Of a DNA stretch of 64,000 bases, positions 39,714 through 49,870 are shown in pieces. Under the pieces are notes generated by a model, which saw nothing but the letters and a program-made list of their open reading frames with translations, searched no databases and was not told the DNA's origin. Origin of the DNA: an uncultured Gammaproteobacteria bacterium (GTDB taxonomy: Bacteria; Patescibacteriota; Patescibacteriia; Magasanikbacterales; UBA922). The position numbers and the translations under genes were made by a program. Location: the NCBI GenBank assembly GCA_964447765.1, contig CAYUTO010000001.1, positions 28,110 to 92,109 of the forward strand, given 5' to 3'. Numbering within the stretch: position 1 is the stretch's first letter; every line of letters begins with the position of its first letter.

Positions 39714-40745
39714 TTAGAAACCGCGTTTGATGCGCCTCAGGGTTTCAAATAACCACATAGGCCAGTATCGCACGTTATCAATCACGAGATCTTGGCATTC
39801 GATCAAATCTTTGATACTTCCTCCAAATCCTTTTTTGAAATGTGTAATACCTTTGAACGGATGATTTTTCTTTGCATGTTCTGGTGCAACACCCCAGAAA
39901 TTGTACCATTTCAGTCCCCTCTTTTTTGCTTCGCATATTGCTGCCCACTGTACGAGATATGGAGTTGGAATTTTATTATCAGTACTGAGGGATGCTCCAT
40001 GTCTGTAGGCTGCGGTAGTACCATAAAAATAAACGACCGCGCTTGCATCGAGTGTTCCATCGGGTAAATATGCATAGAACACCATTGCTTCTTTATTTTT
40101 TTCAAATGCTTTGAATTCTTTTTCTACATACTCATCTGAAAAACGAATAAATCCGTGGCGTTTGGCGGTTGTCGTGTGGAGTGTGTGGAATTCAGTAAGC
40201 TTATCGTGTGAAGTGTGTGAAACTATTTTCACTCTTTCTTTTTCGCACCTTCGAATCAGATTTCGGTGATTCTTATTCATGTTCTTCATGAGTTCGTCTC
40301 CACTTGGGGAAAGATCGAGAATGCAGGTGGTTTCTGCAAGTGCATGAATTGGTGCTTTCCTGAATCCGAGTGATTTGCATAACGCATTATTCCGTTCATT
40401 TGTTTCAATAAACGGACTTAGGCGAATAAATGAGACATTATATTCTCCTGCTTTCTCTTTCAAATAATTGGTAATTGATTGGAGTACTATTCCATATTCT
40501 TCATCATTTTTTGAAAGTGGTCCATACGGAAGATAGAAGTAGGATCCACGTTTTGCGTGAATCGCAATTACGAGTGCTCCACCGACGAGAGTACTCTCCT
40601 CGTATGCTCCAACGATAAATGATTCCTCGCTCATTGATTGATAAAAATTCCCGTATTCGACGGCTTGAGTCATGGGTGAGTATGGTACTTCGCGTACAAA
40701 GGTATTCCAGATTTTTTGATCTTCAATTTGTTTCACCACTATCAT
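39714..40745 (-). CDS. FemABX-family peptidyl transferase
   Basis: YLPYGP, RNLIRR, YNFWGV, GITHFKKGFGG. Confidence 0.88.
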   Translation of the reverse strand: MIVVKQIEDQKIWNTFVREVPYSPMTQAVEYGNFYQSMSEESFIVGAYEESTLVGGALVIAIHAKRGSYFYLPYGPLSKNDEEYGIVLQSITNYLKEKAGEYNVSFIRLSPFIETNERNNALCKSLGFRKAPIHALAETTCILDLSPSGDELMKNMNKNHRNLIRRCEKERVKIVSHTSHDKLTEFHTLHTTTAKRHGFIRFSDEYVEKEFKAFEKNKEAMVFYAYLPDGTLDASAVVYFYGTTAAYRHGASLSTDNKIPTPYLVQWAAICEAKKRGLKWYNFWGVAPEHAKKNHPFKGITHFKKGFGGSIKDLIECQDLVIDNVRYWPMWLFETLRRIKRGF

Positions 40746-41973
40746 AATATTTTTTTAGTAGTTGGCAGATTTTGTCCGCATGTTTTACTGAAATTTTTTG
40801 GGAAGTTGGTAGATTGAGTGAGCGCTTGGCAAGATCCTCTGCTATGGGACAGGTACCCATTACATACCCTGTTTTTTCAAGCCTAATATCATTGGGGCCA
40901 ATGACAGTGTCATACCAATCGCCGAGTAATATTCCTCGATTTTTGAAATACGTCATCACTTTGCCAGGTTCGCTTACGAGTACTGGATACCTGACATAAA
41001 AATTTCCATTTAGTTTTTGAGGCTTTTGAACTTTTTTGGTTCCAATTTCTTCATGATACCATCGAGCAATTTCACCTCGATGTTCGTTTACTTCTTCGAG
41101 CGCTTCGAGTTGGTTGCAGAGAATATGACACAGACTACTAGCAAGTCTTGAAACTTTGAAATGACTTCGAACACCTTCTTTTTCTTTTTCGTAGATTACG
41201 CGTCCTGTGATTGACAGTTTTTTCAGAGCTGCAAGTAATAATTTTCCAATTTTTATTTTGTACAGTGCTTTTCCAACTACAAATAAAGGGAAATTCCAGA
41301 GATATGGAAGCACCCACCAGCGTTTGGGATACTGAATTTTTTCATACAGTGCTCCAATTTTTTCTCCAATAGCGTCATTCATTGCAATTAATGCGCCTCC
41401 ACGTCCACACGAAATTGCCTTGTCTGTGCCAAAACTAAACATACCAATGTCGCCATAGGTACCTAATTTTTTCCCCTTGTACTCTCCTTCAATTGTGTGT
41501 GCAGAATCTTCAATCACTACGAGGTTATATTCCCTCGCAATACGCATAATCTGGTCTATTTCACAGGGAATTCCAAATGTGTGTTGAGCAATGATTGCTT
41601 TTGTTTTTGGAGAAATTTTTTCTCCAATTTTTGAAACATCTATATTAAAATCTGGACGTACATCAACGTACACTGGAATAGCACCCACCCATTTGATTGC
41701 ATTTATTACTACAACACAGGTATAGGCCTGTACGATCACCTCGTCTCCTTCCCCTACTCCTAGAGCTTGCAAACTCACTTCGAGTGCACTTCTCCCACTG
41801 TCAAAAAGATAGGTATGGTAGACTGAAAATTTCTTACGAAGTACGCGGCACGCTTTTGCTTCATACTCACCTCCCTTGATTACTTTACTCCATTTCCATG
41901 GCAGGAACAGATAAGCAAGTGCGGTGGTAACATCTTTTTTTGTAGCATTTGGCTGGAAACCAGTAAAAATCAT
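40723..41973 (-). CDS. DegT/DnrJ/EryC1 PLP aminotransferase
   Basis: SGRSAL, IEDSAH, FSFGTDK. Confidence 0.88.
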   Translation of the reverse strand: MIFTGFQPNATKKDVTTALAYLFLPWKWSKVIKGGEYEAKACRVLRKKFSVYHTYLFDSGRSALEVSLQALGVGEGDEVIVQAYTCVVVINAIKWVGAIPVYVDVRPDFNIDVSKIGEKISPKTKAIIAQHTFGIPCEIDQIMRIAREYNLVVIEDSAHTIEGEYKGKKLGTYGDIGMFSFGTDKAISCGRGGALIAMNDAIGEKIGALYEKIQYPKRWWVLPYLWNFPLFVVGKALYKIKIGKLLLAALKKLSITGRVIYEKEKEGVRSHFKVSRLASSLCHILCNQLEALEEVNEHRGEIARWYHEEIGTKKVQKPQKLNGNFYVRYPVLVSEPGKVMTYFKNRGILLGDWYDTVIGPNDIRLEKTGYVMGTCPIAEDLAKRSLNLPTSQKISVKHADKICQLLKKYYDSGETN

Positions 41974-41978
41974 AATTC

Positions 41979-43565
41979 TTATTTTATATACAGGTTCCGT
42001 ACGACACCAGGTATTTTATTTTCAATTAAAATCACATTTTCTCCTTCACGCAAATTATGTACATATTCGATCAATTTTTCAGTGTCGAATATTTCTTTAA
42101 CGGTGGTGTGATATTTTTCGAGAATTCCTCTTTTTAAATCTGTAGCAAAGTCTGTGGTTGTAATTACTAATTCATCAGCTGCAAAAGAAATTTCATTTCC
42201 TATTTTTTCATGTAGTTCGCTACTTTCTTTTCCTAGCTCATGCATTCCACGGGTGATAACTATTTTTGTTTTGGTTGCAGGAAAAGTGGAAAGAATATCT
42301 AGTGCTGCTCTAAATCCATCGGGGTTTGAATTGTAGCTATCATCGATAATGATGGCTTTACCAAACTCATACATCTTTATTCCTTGCTCGGGTTGAATTA
42401 GTGCATTCACTGCTGCAGTGATCTCGCTCGTGCTCATACCCAAGTGTTTGGCTACGATGATACAAGGGGCAATGTTTGATGCTTGGTGTTCGCCAATCAA
42501 TTTTGGTTGAACTGTTATTTTTTCTATTATCTCATTGGTAGTTAGGGCGTACGTTGCTTCGAGTTTACCTTCACGACCTCTTACTGATTCGATCAGACAA
42601 TTAGGGTTATTTGAGACTTCGGTACCAAATGTTTTGACTGTACTTTTTAAATCTTTAATGTACTCCATGCAGAGCGCGTTGTCAGCGTTGGTAATAGCTA
42701 GACCTGTCTCAGGCATTGCACGTAGGAGCTCATATTTTGTTTTCTGGATATTTTCTATCGAACCAAATAGACTTAAATGCTGCTGATTGATCGCTGTTAG
42801 AATTCCAATTGTTGGGTGAACGATATCGCAGACTAAGGTGATATCTCCTTTGTTGTAGGCTCCCATCTCCACAATACACACGTCGATAGTGGAAAAATCT
42901 GTTGCAAGAATAAATTTGGAAATTCCGATGTCACTATTAGTGTTTTTTGGGGTACTCGCGACTTTATATTTGTGAGACAAGATTTGTGCAAGTAATTCTT
43001 TTACTGAAGTTTTTCCGTAGCTTCCGGTAATTCCGATTTTGATTATGTTTGGATATTTTTGAAGTTTTTTTTCAGCCATCTTGAAATATACATGCTTAAT
43101 CTGATTCGTTGCCCAATCAATTCCGGTAACTACAAAACTGAGAATCGCGAGACGAATTGAACTCACGAATAATACGAGACTCCAGTCCCGAGTAATTGCA
43201 TATACGAGATACTCAAGTATGAGAGATCCTACTAGTATCAATCCTGCTTTTATGCTTAGTTTGGGACGGCGATACTGTCCTTTGAATTTACGGAGCGCAC
43301 TGTATCCAATATCGGCAATGAAGACACTAAAAATGATATATACTATCGTAGTGCTGTTTATTGGCCACCATATGAATAGAACAAGTGCAATAATCAGTCT
43401 AAGTATGGTGTATGGATTGGTTATGAGAGATCTACCTTGTTTTGTTGAAAGAAAATCCTTGAAACGGTCGATTCTATACCATTTGAGCTGCCAAAAATAG
43501 CAGTATTCAGTATATATGAGTACTGCACTCAAAAACCACATGAGATATAGGAGACTCTCTTTCAT
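41979..43565 (-). CDS. murF: MurF ligase with N-terminal TM domain
   Basis: GITGSYGKTSVKE, EMGA, DDSYNSNPDG. Confidence 0.85.
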   Translation of the reverse strand: MKESLLYLMWFLSAVLIYTEYCYFWQLKWYRIDRFKDFLSTKQGRSLITNPYTILRLIIALVLFIWWPINSTTIVYIIFSVFIADIGYSALRKFKGQYRRPKLSIKAGLILVGSLILEYLVYAITRDWSLVLFVSSIRLAILSFVVTGIDWATNQIKHVYFKMAEKKLQKYPNIIKIGITGSYGKTSVKELLAQILSHKYKVASTPKNTNSDIGISKFILATDFSTIDVCIVEMGAYNKGDITLVCDIVHPTIGILTAINQQHLSLFGSIENIQKTKYELLRAMPETGLAITNADNALCMEYIKDLKSTVKTFGTEVSNNPNCLIESVRGREGKLEATYALTTNEIIEKITVQPKLIGEHQASNIAPCIIVAKHLGMSTSEITAAVNALIQPEQGIKMYEFGKAIIIDDSYNSNPDGFRAALDILSTFPATKTKIVITRGMHELGKESSELHEKIGNEISFAADELVITTTDFATDLKRGILEKYHTTVKEIFDTEKLIEYVHNLREGENVILIENKIPGVVRNLYIK

Positions 43566-43577
43566 AACGTGCGGGGG

Positions 43578-44318
43578 TTAACCTGTAGTATACCTTTCTT
43601 TGAGTGTCTTGAGAATATCAGTCGCGTGCGTATGATGAAGCCCGTGTTTACCATTATTGAATACAATTAATTCAGCATTTGGTAGTTTTTTTGCAATTAA
43701 TTTTCCATGTCGTAATGGCGTATACGTGTCATGTTTTCCCCAGAACACGAGTGTACTCCCCATAATTTTTGGTAGAGCGTGTCGCATGTCTTCACGAATA
43801 ACTTTCCTAAATATTTCTCGTTCAATTCCCGTAGTTTGAACATAGTCGGGAGAAAAAATCGCATTGTACATTTTTTTCTTTATTTCCGACGCTTTGGTGT
43901 TATTTGTATTAGTTCGGAGTACTATTTTTGCTATTTTGACACAGGTGCGGAAAATGGCACGCTTGATAATGCGTCGTGGGCGCACCACAGCCGCTGCGAT
44001 GAGTACAAGTTCGTCAAATGAGTCTGGATGTATGCTTGCGGTGTATGTAGCCACCTGCCCACCAAATGAGTGGCCTAGTAAGATTATTTTTTTGCTACCT
44101 GATTCTTTTTTTATTTCTTTTAACCGCAGATTCACATACTCGGCATATTGCTCCACCCCCCATACACTCTGCGGACACGCAACTCCGCCAAAACATGGAA
44201 GTTCGATACAATGCACGTCAAAATTTTCTTTTGCCGTAGCAATGAATTCTTTCCAGGTCTCCTGGCTCCCTCCCCAACCTGGGACAATGCATAATACTGG
44301 GCGAGTATGCTCCACCAT
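43578..44318 (-). CDS. Alpha/beta hydrolase
   Basis: GHSFGG nucleophile elbow, WGKHD, GKH. Confidence 0.88.
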   Translation of the reverse strand: MVEHTRPVLCIVPGWGGSQETWKEFIATAKENFDVHCIELPCFGGVACPQSVWGVEQYAEYVNLRLKEIKKESGSKKIILLGHSFGGQVATYTASIHPDSFDELVLIAAAVVRPRRIIKRAIFRTCVKIAKIVLRTNTNNTKASEIKKKMYNAIFSPDYVQTTGIEREIFRKVIREDMRHALPKIMGSTLVFWGKHDTYTPLRHGKLIAKKLPNAELIVFNNGKHGLHHTHATDILKTLKERYTTG

Positions 44319-44322
44319 ACAT

Positions 44323-45561
44323 TTATAATGATTTTTTATTTCCTAAGTATGGTTGTAATGCTTTTGGAATATTCACTGTACCATCTTCGTTCTGATGATT
44401 TTCAATAAGCGTGATTGGGAAGCGACTGGTAACAATTGCGGTGCCATTGAGTGTATGCACAAACTCTGATTTTCCATCAGCATTTTTATACTTGATATTT
44501 GCCCGGCGAGCCTGGTAATCAGTGCAGTTACTTGTACTGGTGATCTCGCCATAGCCTTCATTCATCACCATCCACGCTTCAATATCAAATTTTCGGTATG
44601 CAGGACCACCAAGGTCCCCGCTTGCAATGTCGATTACTCGATATGGAATTTCTAGTCCGTCACAAATTTCTTTTTCAATTGATAATAATTCCTCATGCAT
44701 TTTTTCACTGTCTTCAGGTGTGCAGAATACAAACATTTCAAGCTTGGTAAACTGATGTACACGGTACAAACCCTTGCTGGTACGTCCATAGGCTCCTGCT
44801 TCGGTACGGAAACAGTGTGAAAGAGCTACATATTTCTTTGGTCCTTTTGACAGATCAAGTACTTCATCAGCATGATAGCCTAATACTGAAATTTCAGCGG
44901 TACCAATGAGACTGAGGTCTTCTCCTGCAATTGAATAGATCTGTGTTTCTTCTCCTCGAGGATTGAATCCTGCGCTTTCGAGAATTTCATGACGTGCGAG
45001 ATCAGGGGTTTCTAGTAATTCAAATCCATGTTTTGTAGCAGTATCGATTCCGTATGTAATTAGAGTTTGGTTTAATCGAACCAAGTCATTTTTTGCAAAA
45101 TAAAATTTGGAACCTGCAACTTTGGCACCTCGTTCAAAATCAATCCAGTTTCGCTCGAGCATTATAGCTTCGTGGTCTTTTGGTGTGAATGCAAATGTTG
45201 GCGCCTTTAAGTGCTCTGTGATAACTTTAAAATCGTCTTCTCCTCCTATGGGAGTATCTTTATGTGTTATATTTGGGATTTGTAGAAGCAATTCTTTTCT
45301 TTTTACCTGAAGACCTTCCATTTCTTTTTCAACTTTCTTTATTTCCTCCCCTAGTGTTTTCATTTGTTCAATAACCTCTGGAGTTGGTTTGGTTTTTGAT
45401 GATTTGTTTCGGTCTGCGCGCAATGTATCCAGTGATGGACTTAATTCTCTAATTTGATCGTCGTATTCTAACAAAGCGTCAATATCTACTTTTACGTGAC
45501 GGTCTTTGCAGTTTTTTTGCACTTCTTCTGTATGTTCGCGAATGTATTTGATGTCGATCAT
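44323..45561 (-). CDS. serS: Serine--tRNA ligase
   Basis: GTAE, FRTEAG, YRVHQF, SNCTDYQARR, HTLNGT. Confidence 0.96.
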   Translation of the reverse strand: MIDIKYIREHTEEVQKNCKDRHVKVDIDALLEYDDQIRELSPSLDTLRADRNKSSKTKPTPEVIEQMKTLGEEIKKVEKEMEGLQVKRKELLLQIPNITHKDTPIGGEDDFKVITEHLKAPTFAFTPKDHEAIMLERNWIDFERGAKVAGSKFYFAKNDLVRLNQTLITYGIDTATKHGFELLETPDLARHEILESAGFNPRGEETQIYSIAGEDLSLIGTAEISVLGYHADEVLDLSKGPKKYVALSHCFRTEAGAYGRTSKGLYRVHQFTKLEMFVFCTPEDSEKMHEELLSIEKEICDGLEIPYRVIDIASGDLGGPAYRKFDIEAWMVMNEGYGEITSTSNCTDYQARRANIKYKNADGKSEFVHTLNGTAIVTSRFPITLIENHQNEDGTVNIPKALQPYLGNKKSL

Positions 45562-45572
45562 AGAGATCTTGA

Positions 45573-46619
45573 TTACAGGTTGTTAGTGTTGATTACTTTT
45601 ATAAGTTCCGGATAAATTTCTTCGTACATTTTTTTATTTTCTCCAATAAGGTTGTACGTAGTTATTTCTTGTGGTAATACCCATGCTGTTTCCAATACCT
45701 CCTCATCGTTTACTTTTCCATCTCCTCCGGTAATGGTACATACGAATGGGAGAAGGTAGATCTGGATGCCGTAATGCGTGCTACGAGGATTTTTGATTTG
45801 TACGGTCCAGACGTGTTTGAGTTGGGTTATTATCCGAACATCATACCCACATTCTTCCTTAATTTCTCGTATTACATTTTCTTGCACTTTCTCTCCTATT
45901 TCCACTCCCCCGCCAGGAAATTCCCATAGCCCGTGTAATTCTGGTTTTTCAACATCGTTTCGTTTATTGATAAGGATTTTTCCATCTTTTACTATAATCC
46001 CGACTGGTACTACCACATGTTTGCCACCGTACGCGTTCACTACATAGCGTTTTATTCCGGCAACTGCTTTTGTTCGATGGCTTATGCTGTTTTTTTCACT
46101 TTCTCCCATCTCTGCATACGTCTTTTGTGCTTCGGGGATGTAGAAAATGGGGTCGTACCCAAAGCCGCTTTCACCTTTTTTTTCTTTTAAAATTATACCG
46201 TTTGTTTTGCCTGTTCCTATAAATAGGTCATTCGAATGAGGATCAATAATTGCGAGAGCTGCTTGAAATGATGCGGTTCTCTTGTTTTCATCGATTACGC
46301 CGGCAAGCTTTTCAAGCACTTGCACTGTCCTACTATCTGAATTTTCTGCAATTCGAGCACTTTTCACTCCTGGCCACCCATTGAGCGCATCTATGAATAC
46401 TCCGCTATCATCTGCAATAGTGATAAGTCCTGAGTGATGTGCATAGTATCGTGCCTTCAAAATCGCGTTTCCTTCGATTGTTGGCTCAGTCTCTTCGGGT
46501 TCTACTATGTTCTGATCCAGGTCTCGAAGTGAAATATACGTAGCAGGAGTAGATTTCAATAATTCTTTCAATTCCTTGAATTTTCCTTCATTCGTTGTTG
46601 CGATCAGAATTTTTTTCAT
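45573..46619 (-). CDS. rdgB: RdgB/HAM1 dITP/XTP pyrophosphatase fused to a MutT-like Nudix domain
   Basis: ATTNEGK, DDSG, FGYDPIF, SHR; then WEFPGGGVE...REIKEECG. Confidence 0.88.
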   Translation of the reverse strand: MKKILIATTNEGKFKELKELLKSTPATYISLRDLDQNIVEPEETEPTIEGNAILKARYYAHHSGLITIADDSGVFIDALNGWPGVKSARIAENSDSRTVQVLEKLAGVIDENKRTASFQAALAIIDPHSNDLFIGTGKTNGIILKEKKGESGFGYDPIFYIPEAQKTYAEMGESEKNSISHRTKAVAGIKRYVVNAYGGKHVVVPVGIIVKDGKILINKRNDVEKPELHGLWEFPGGGVEIGEKVQENVIREIKEECGYDVRIITQLKHVWTVQIKNPRSTHYGIQIYLLPFVCTITGGDGKVNDEEVLETAWVLPQEITTYNLIGENKKMYEEIYPELIKVINTNNL

Positions 46620-47035
46620 AGACGCGTAATGAGCTTTTCTTTTATCATTCCGGTCTTATATTTATCTGCTTTGTACGCTTTTGCACGAACAATCTGAGTA
46701 TCAAATCCAAATTCTTTTATTTTATTCTCCAATTCTTCCGTAAACATTTTTTGGTCATATCCGAGCAAAATGGTATCTGGTTTGATGTTTTTTATTACTT
46801 TATATACATCTGACTTGTCGCCGAGAATTACACGGTCGATTATTGATAATTCTTGGAGAAATGACACGCGTTCTTTTTCTCCAAATACAGGGTCTGCACC
46901 TTTGATTCCGCGTGCTCGTTTGTCACGTGCCACAACAACAATCAAAGTGTCTCCATATTTTTTTGCTTCATGAAAAAGTGCAATATGCCCCAAGTGCACG
47001 ATGTCGAATGTACCAAATACCATTACTGTTTCCAT
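46616..47035 (-). CDS. ribL: Archaeal-type FAD synthase (cytidylyltransferase family)
   Basis: FGTFDIVHLGH, VARD, LGYDQ. Confidence 0.75.
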   Translation of the reverse strand: METVMVFGTFDIVHLGHIALFHEAKKYGDTLIVVVARDKRARGIKGADPVFGEKERVSFLQELSIIDRVILGDKSDVYKVIKNIKPDTILLGYDQKMFTEELENKIKEFGFDTQIVRAKAYKADKYKTGMIKEKLITRL

Positions 47036-47038
47036 ATC

Positions 47039-48529
47039 TTAGGTTTTCTTTTTTGCAGCTTTTTTCTGTTCCAATGGTTTTACGATTGGAAATACGATTA
47101 CGTCTTTCAGTGTATGTGATCCAGTGATTAATGCCGCGAGTCGATCGATACCAATACCGGTGCCAGTAGCTGGAGGCATTCCATATTCCAGTGCTTCTAC
47201 AAAATCATCATCCATTTCCATCGCCTCATCATCTCCTGCTTTTTTATTCTCTGCTTGAGAAGCAAAGCGTTCACGCTGATCAATTGGATCATTTAATTCG
47301 GTGTATGAGTTGCTTACTTCAAATCCATTTACAATAAGCTGAAACATTTCAGTATATCGACGATCTTCGGCATGTTTTGCGAGCGGCTTTAATTCAGCTG
47401 GATAATTCAATACAAACGTTGGTTGAATAATTTTTGGTCGCGCAGTTGCTTTGTATAGGTCGTCTGCAAGTCTGCCAAATCCTGCTTTTGGATCTATTGC
47501 ATGACCGTTGGCTTTCATAGCTTCGGCAAGTTTTTCTTTGGTGTCTGCAATATTTAGATCTATTCCTGAATATTCGAGTACGATATCTCTAAATGTTACT
47601 CGTTTGTATGGAGGTTTGAAATCAATCGTATTTCCTTCAAGCTCAATTTTGAGTCCTCCAATAGCGTCTGCGATAATACGAGGAAGCATTTCTTCGTGCA
47701 ACTTCATATTATCCTCATAATCCGCGTATGCCCAGTAATATTCGATCTGAGTAAACTCAGGATTATGTTGATGATCGACTCCTTCATTTCTAAAACATCG
47801 TCCAATTTCAAATATTTTTTCAAATCCTCCGACCAGTAATCTCTTTTGTGGGATTTCAATTGCAATACGTAGATGCACGGGCATGTCATACGCATTGAAA
47901 TGTGTATCAAATGTTTTTGCAAGAGCCCCTGACGCAACAGTTTCGAGCATCGGAGTTTCTACTTCGATAAAGCCTTTTGCATACATGAATTCGCGAAGTG
48001 AGCGTACCAATTTTGACCGTGTAACAATTTTATTTTTTAATTCACTGTTTACAATAAAATCAAGATAGCGTTTGCGCATCTTTATTTCTTCATCTTGGAG
48101 ACCGTAAAATTTATCAGGAAGTGGGAGGAGTGCTTTTGCTAATAGTGTAAAAGATTTTACCAAAATTGATTCTTCACCTTTTTGCGTAATAAAACGTTCA
48201 CCGGTAACCTGTATAATATCACCTGCGTCTAGTTTTTTTACAAACATTTTGTAGGATTCGTCGCCAAGGTCATCTTTTTTCAATACTACCTGGATTTTAC
48301 CGCTCTCATCCTGAATATGGCAGAAGGTTAATTTTCCCATTTCTCGTTTTACCATGATTCTACCTGCAATCGTCACGCTTGCCTCATGTTTTTCCTGCAT
48401 GGCTTCGGCTGTGGTATGGGTACGATGTGATCGAGCTGGGTAGGCATCAACACCACTTTCTTGCAGCTCTCGAAGCTTCTGAAGTCTTACGCTTCTTTCG
48501 TCATTGATATTTACTGATTTTTGCTCCAT
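47039..48529 (-). CDS. lysS: Lysine--tRNA ligase (class II)
   Basis: FRNEG, HNPEFT, GMPPATGTGIGIDRL. Confidence 0.96.
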   Translation of the reverse strand: MEQKSVNINDERSVRLQKLRELQESGVDAYPARSHRTHTTAEAMQEKHEASVTIAGRIMVKREMGKLTFCHIQDESGKIQVVLKKDDLGDESYKMFVKKLDAGDIIQVTGERFITQKGEESILVKSFTLLAKALLPLPDKFYGLQDEEIKMRKRYLDFIVNSELKNKIVTRSKLVRSLREFMYAKGFIEVETPMLETVASGALAKTFDTHFNAYDMPVHLRIAIEIPQKRLLVGGFEKIFEIGRCFRNEGVDHQHNPEFTQIEYYWAYADYEDNMKLHEEMLPRIIADAIGGLKIELEGNTIDFKPPYKRVTFRDIVLEYSGIDLNIADTKEKLAEAMKANGHAIDPKAGFGRLADDLYKATARPKIIQPTFVLNYPAELKPLAKHAEDRRYTEMFQLIVNGFEVSNSYTELNDPIDQRERFASQAENKKAGDDEAMEMDDDFVEALEYGMPPATGTGIGIDRLAALITGSHTLKDVIVFPIVKPLEQKKAAKKKT

Positions 48530-48710
48530 AAAAACTGTTAATTAAGCTGATTTTTGTTGATTTTATAGTAGCAGAAATGCCTAAAAATTACAAACCTTTC
48601 AAATATGGCTAAAAATAGATAAAAACGACTATAAATGAAGAACCGCACCCGAGAGACAGGTGCGATGCTTCGCGATGTCTCGATCAGGGGTGCGGGGATT
48701 GTCGGGTAAA

Positions 48711-49130
48711 TCACTTATCTCCTGTCTGCATCTTGACCTTTCGAGCATTGCGCTCTCGAATCTTGATGGTTACTCCGCAGATGATCAGCGTGATCAGAAA
48801 GAAGATGAAGCCTACCAAGTTCACCACGAATTTGATCGGCCACAGGAAAGTAGTGCACACCGCGTAGGTTGTTTCAGGCCACATGTTGTTGGGGTCTATT
48901 CCGGGTGTCCTCTCATATGGGACACTGCTTGAGAACACGTTGTCGTATATCTCCTTGGCACATGTCCAAGGGAATACGACGGCATACAGAAGATACGGAC
49001 CTGTACCCGCATTGTCCCGCGTATGCCAGCTGTCTTTTGCCACTATTGACGTTGTAGTGACGTTCAGTCCGATGAAGAAGTAGAGAGCGCCTGACGCGAT
49101 CACTATAACCAAACCTAACTCGAAAGACAT
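48711..49130 (-). CDS. Orphan membrane protein (cassette 6)
   Basis: About 3 hydrophobic segments; promoter TTGACA(49208-49203)-16-TAAGAT; AAGGA RBS; 3' hairpin 48637-48671. Confidence 0.7.
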   Translation of the reverse strand: MSFELGLVIVIASGALYFFIGLNVTTTSIVAKDSWHTRDNAGTGPYLLYAVVFPWTCAKEIYDNVFSSSVPYERTPGIDPNNMWPETTYAVCTTFLWPIKFVVNLVGFIFFLITLIICGVTIKIRERNARKVKMQTGDK

Positions 49131-49254
49131 ACGTATGATCCTTTGGTTTTGAAGTTAGCGATGTGCTAACTTTTGAGATTATCTTACTCTAGTAATATAT
49201 TTTGTCAATAAAAAAATCACCCCTATTACGGGGTGATGAATACTCATTTTGAAT

Positions 49255-49716
49255 TTAGTTTAATTCTTCAATTTTGTATTCCTGAGGTCCTGAGGGTAAT
49301 ACCACTGTAATCTTTTGTCCTTTTTTTCCACCAAGAAAAGCATTGCCCAATGGAGACTCATTTGAAATTCTTCCTTCAACTGGATTTGCTTCTTGTGCTC
49401 CTACGATAGTGTATTCTTTTTTCTTTCCATTGGCAGACACTACAATACGTGAACCAATTTCTACCGTATCACCTTTTCCTCCTTGCTTTGAAATAATTTC
49501 TGCATTATCAATAAGGTACACCAGTTCTTTGACTCTGGTTTGTGCCCACGCCATATCTTCTCTGGCTGCGTGGTACTCAGCATTTTCTGACAAATCCCCC
49601 ATCTGTCGCGCATCATCGATACGTTTTGCAAGTCCTGGAATTTTTTCTTCTTTGAGATTTTTCAGCTCAGTTCTGAGTTTTTCAATTTTTTCTTCGGTCA
49701 TGTATTGTGGCGACAT
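49255..49716 (-). CDS. greA: Transcription elongation factor GreA
   Basis: GDLSENAEY, ISNESPLG. Confidence 0.96.
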   Translation of the reverse strand: MSPQYMTEEKIEKLRTELKNLKEEKIPGLAKRIDDARQMGDLSENAEYHAAREDMAWAQTRVKELVYLIDNAEIISKQGGKGDTVEIGSRIVVSANGKKKEYTIVGAQEANPVEGRISNESPLGNAFLGGKKGQKITVVLPSGPQEYKIEELN

Positions 49717-49807
49717 ATGAGGAGTTGCTTAGCTAACTTTTAAAAAAATGTTCCGGCTATTACCAGGATTAGTACCAGTGTAACATACACCAGTCTAAAG
49801 TCAAAAA

Positions 49808-49868
49808 TCTATAAAGTCATAAAGTATTTTGTATTTGACTTTACCGACTTTCAGACTTTATGACTTTC
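49808..49868. repeat. Short-period AAAGTCAT repeats in inverted arrangement, family B (also 35114-35135)
   Basis: AAAGTCATAAAGT 49813-49825 / ACTTTATGACTTT 49855-49867. Confidence 0.6.
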
Positions 49869-49870
49869 GA

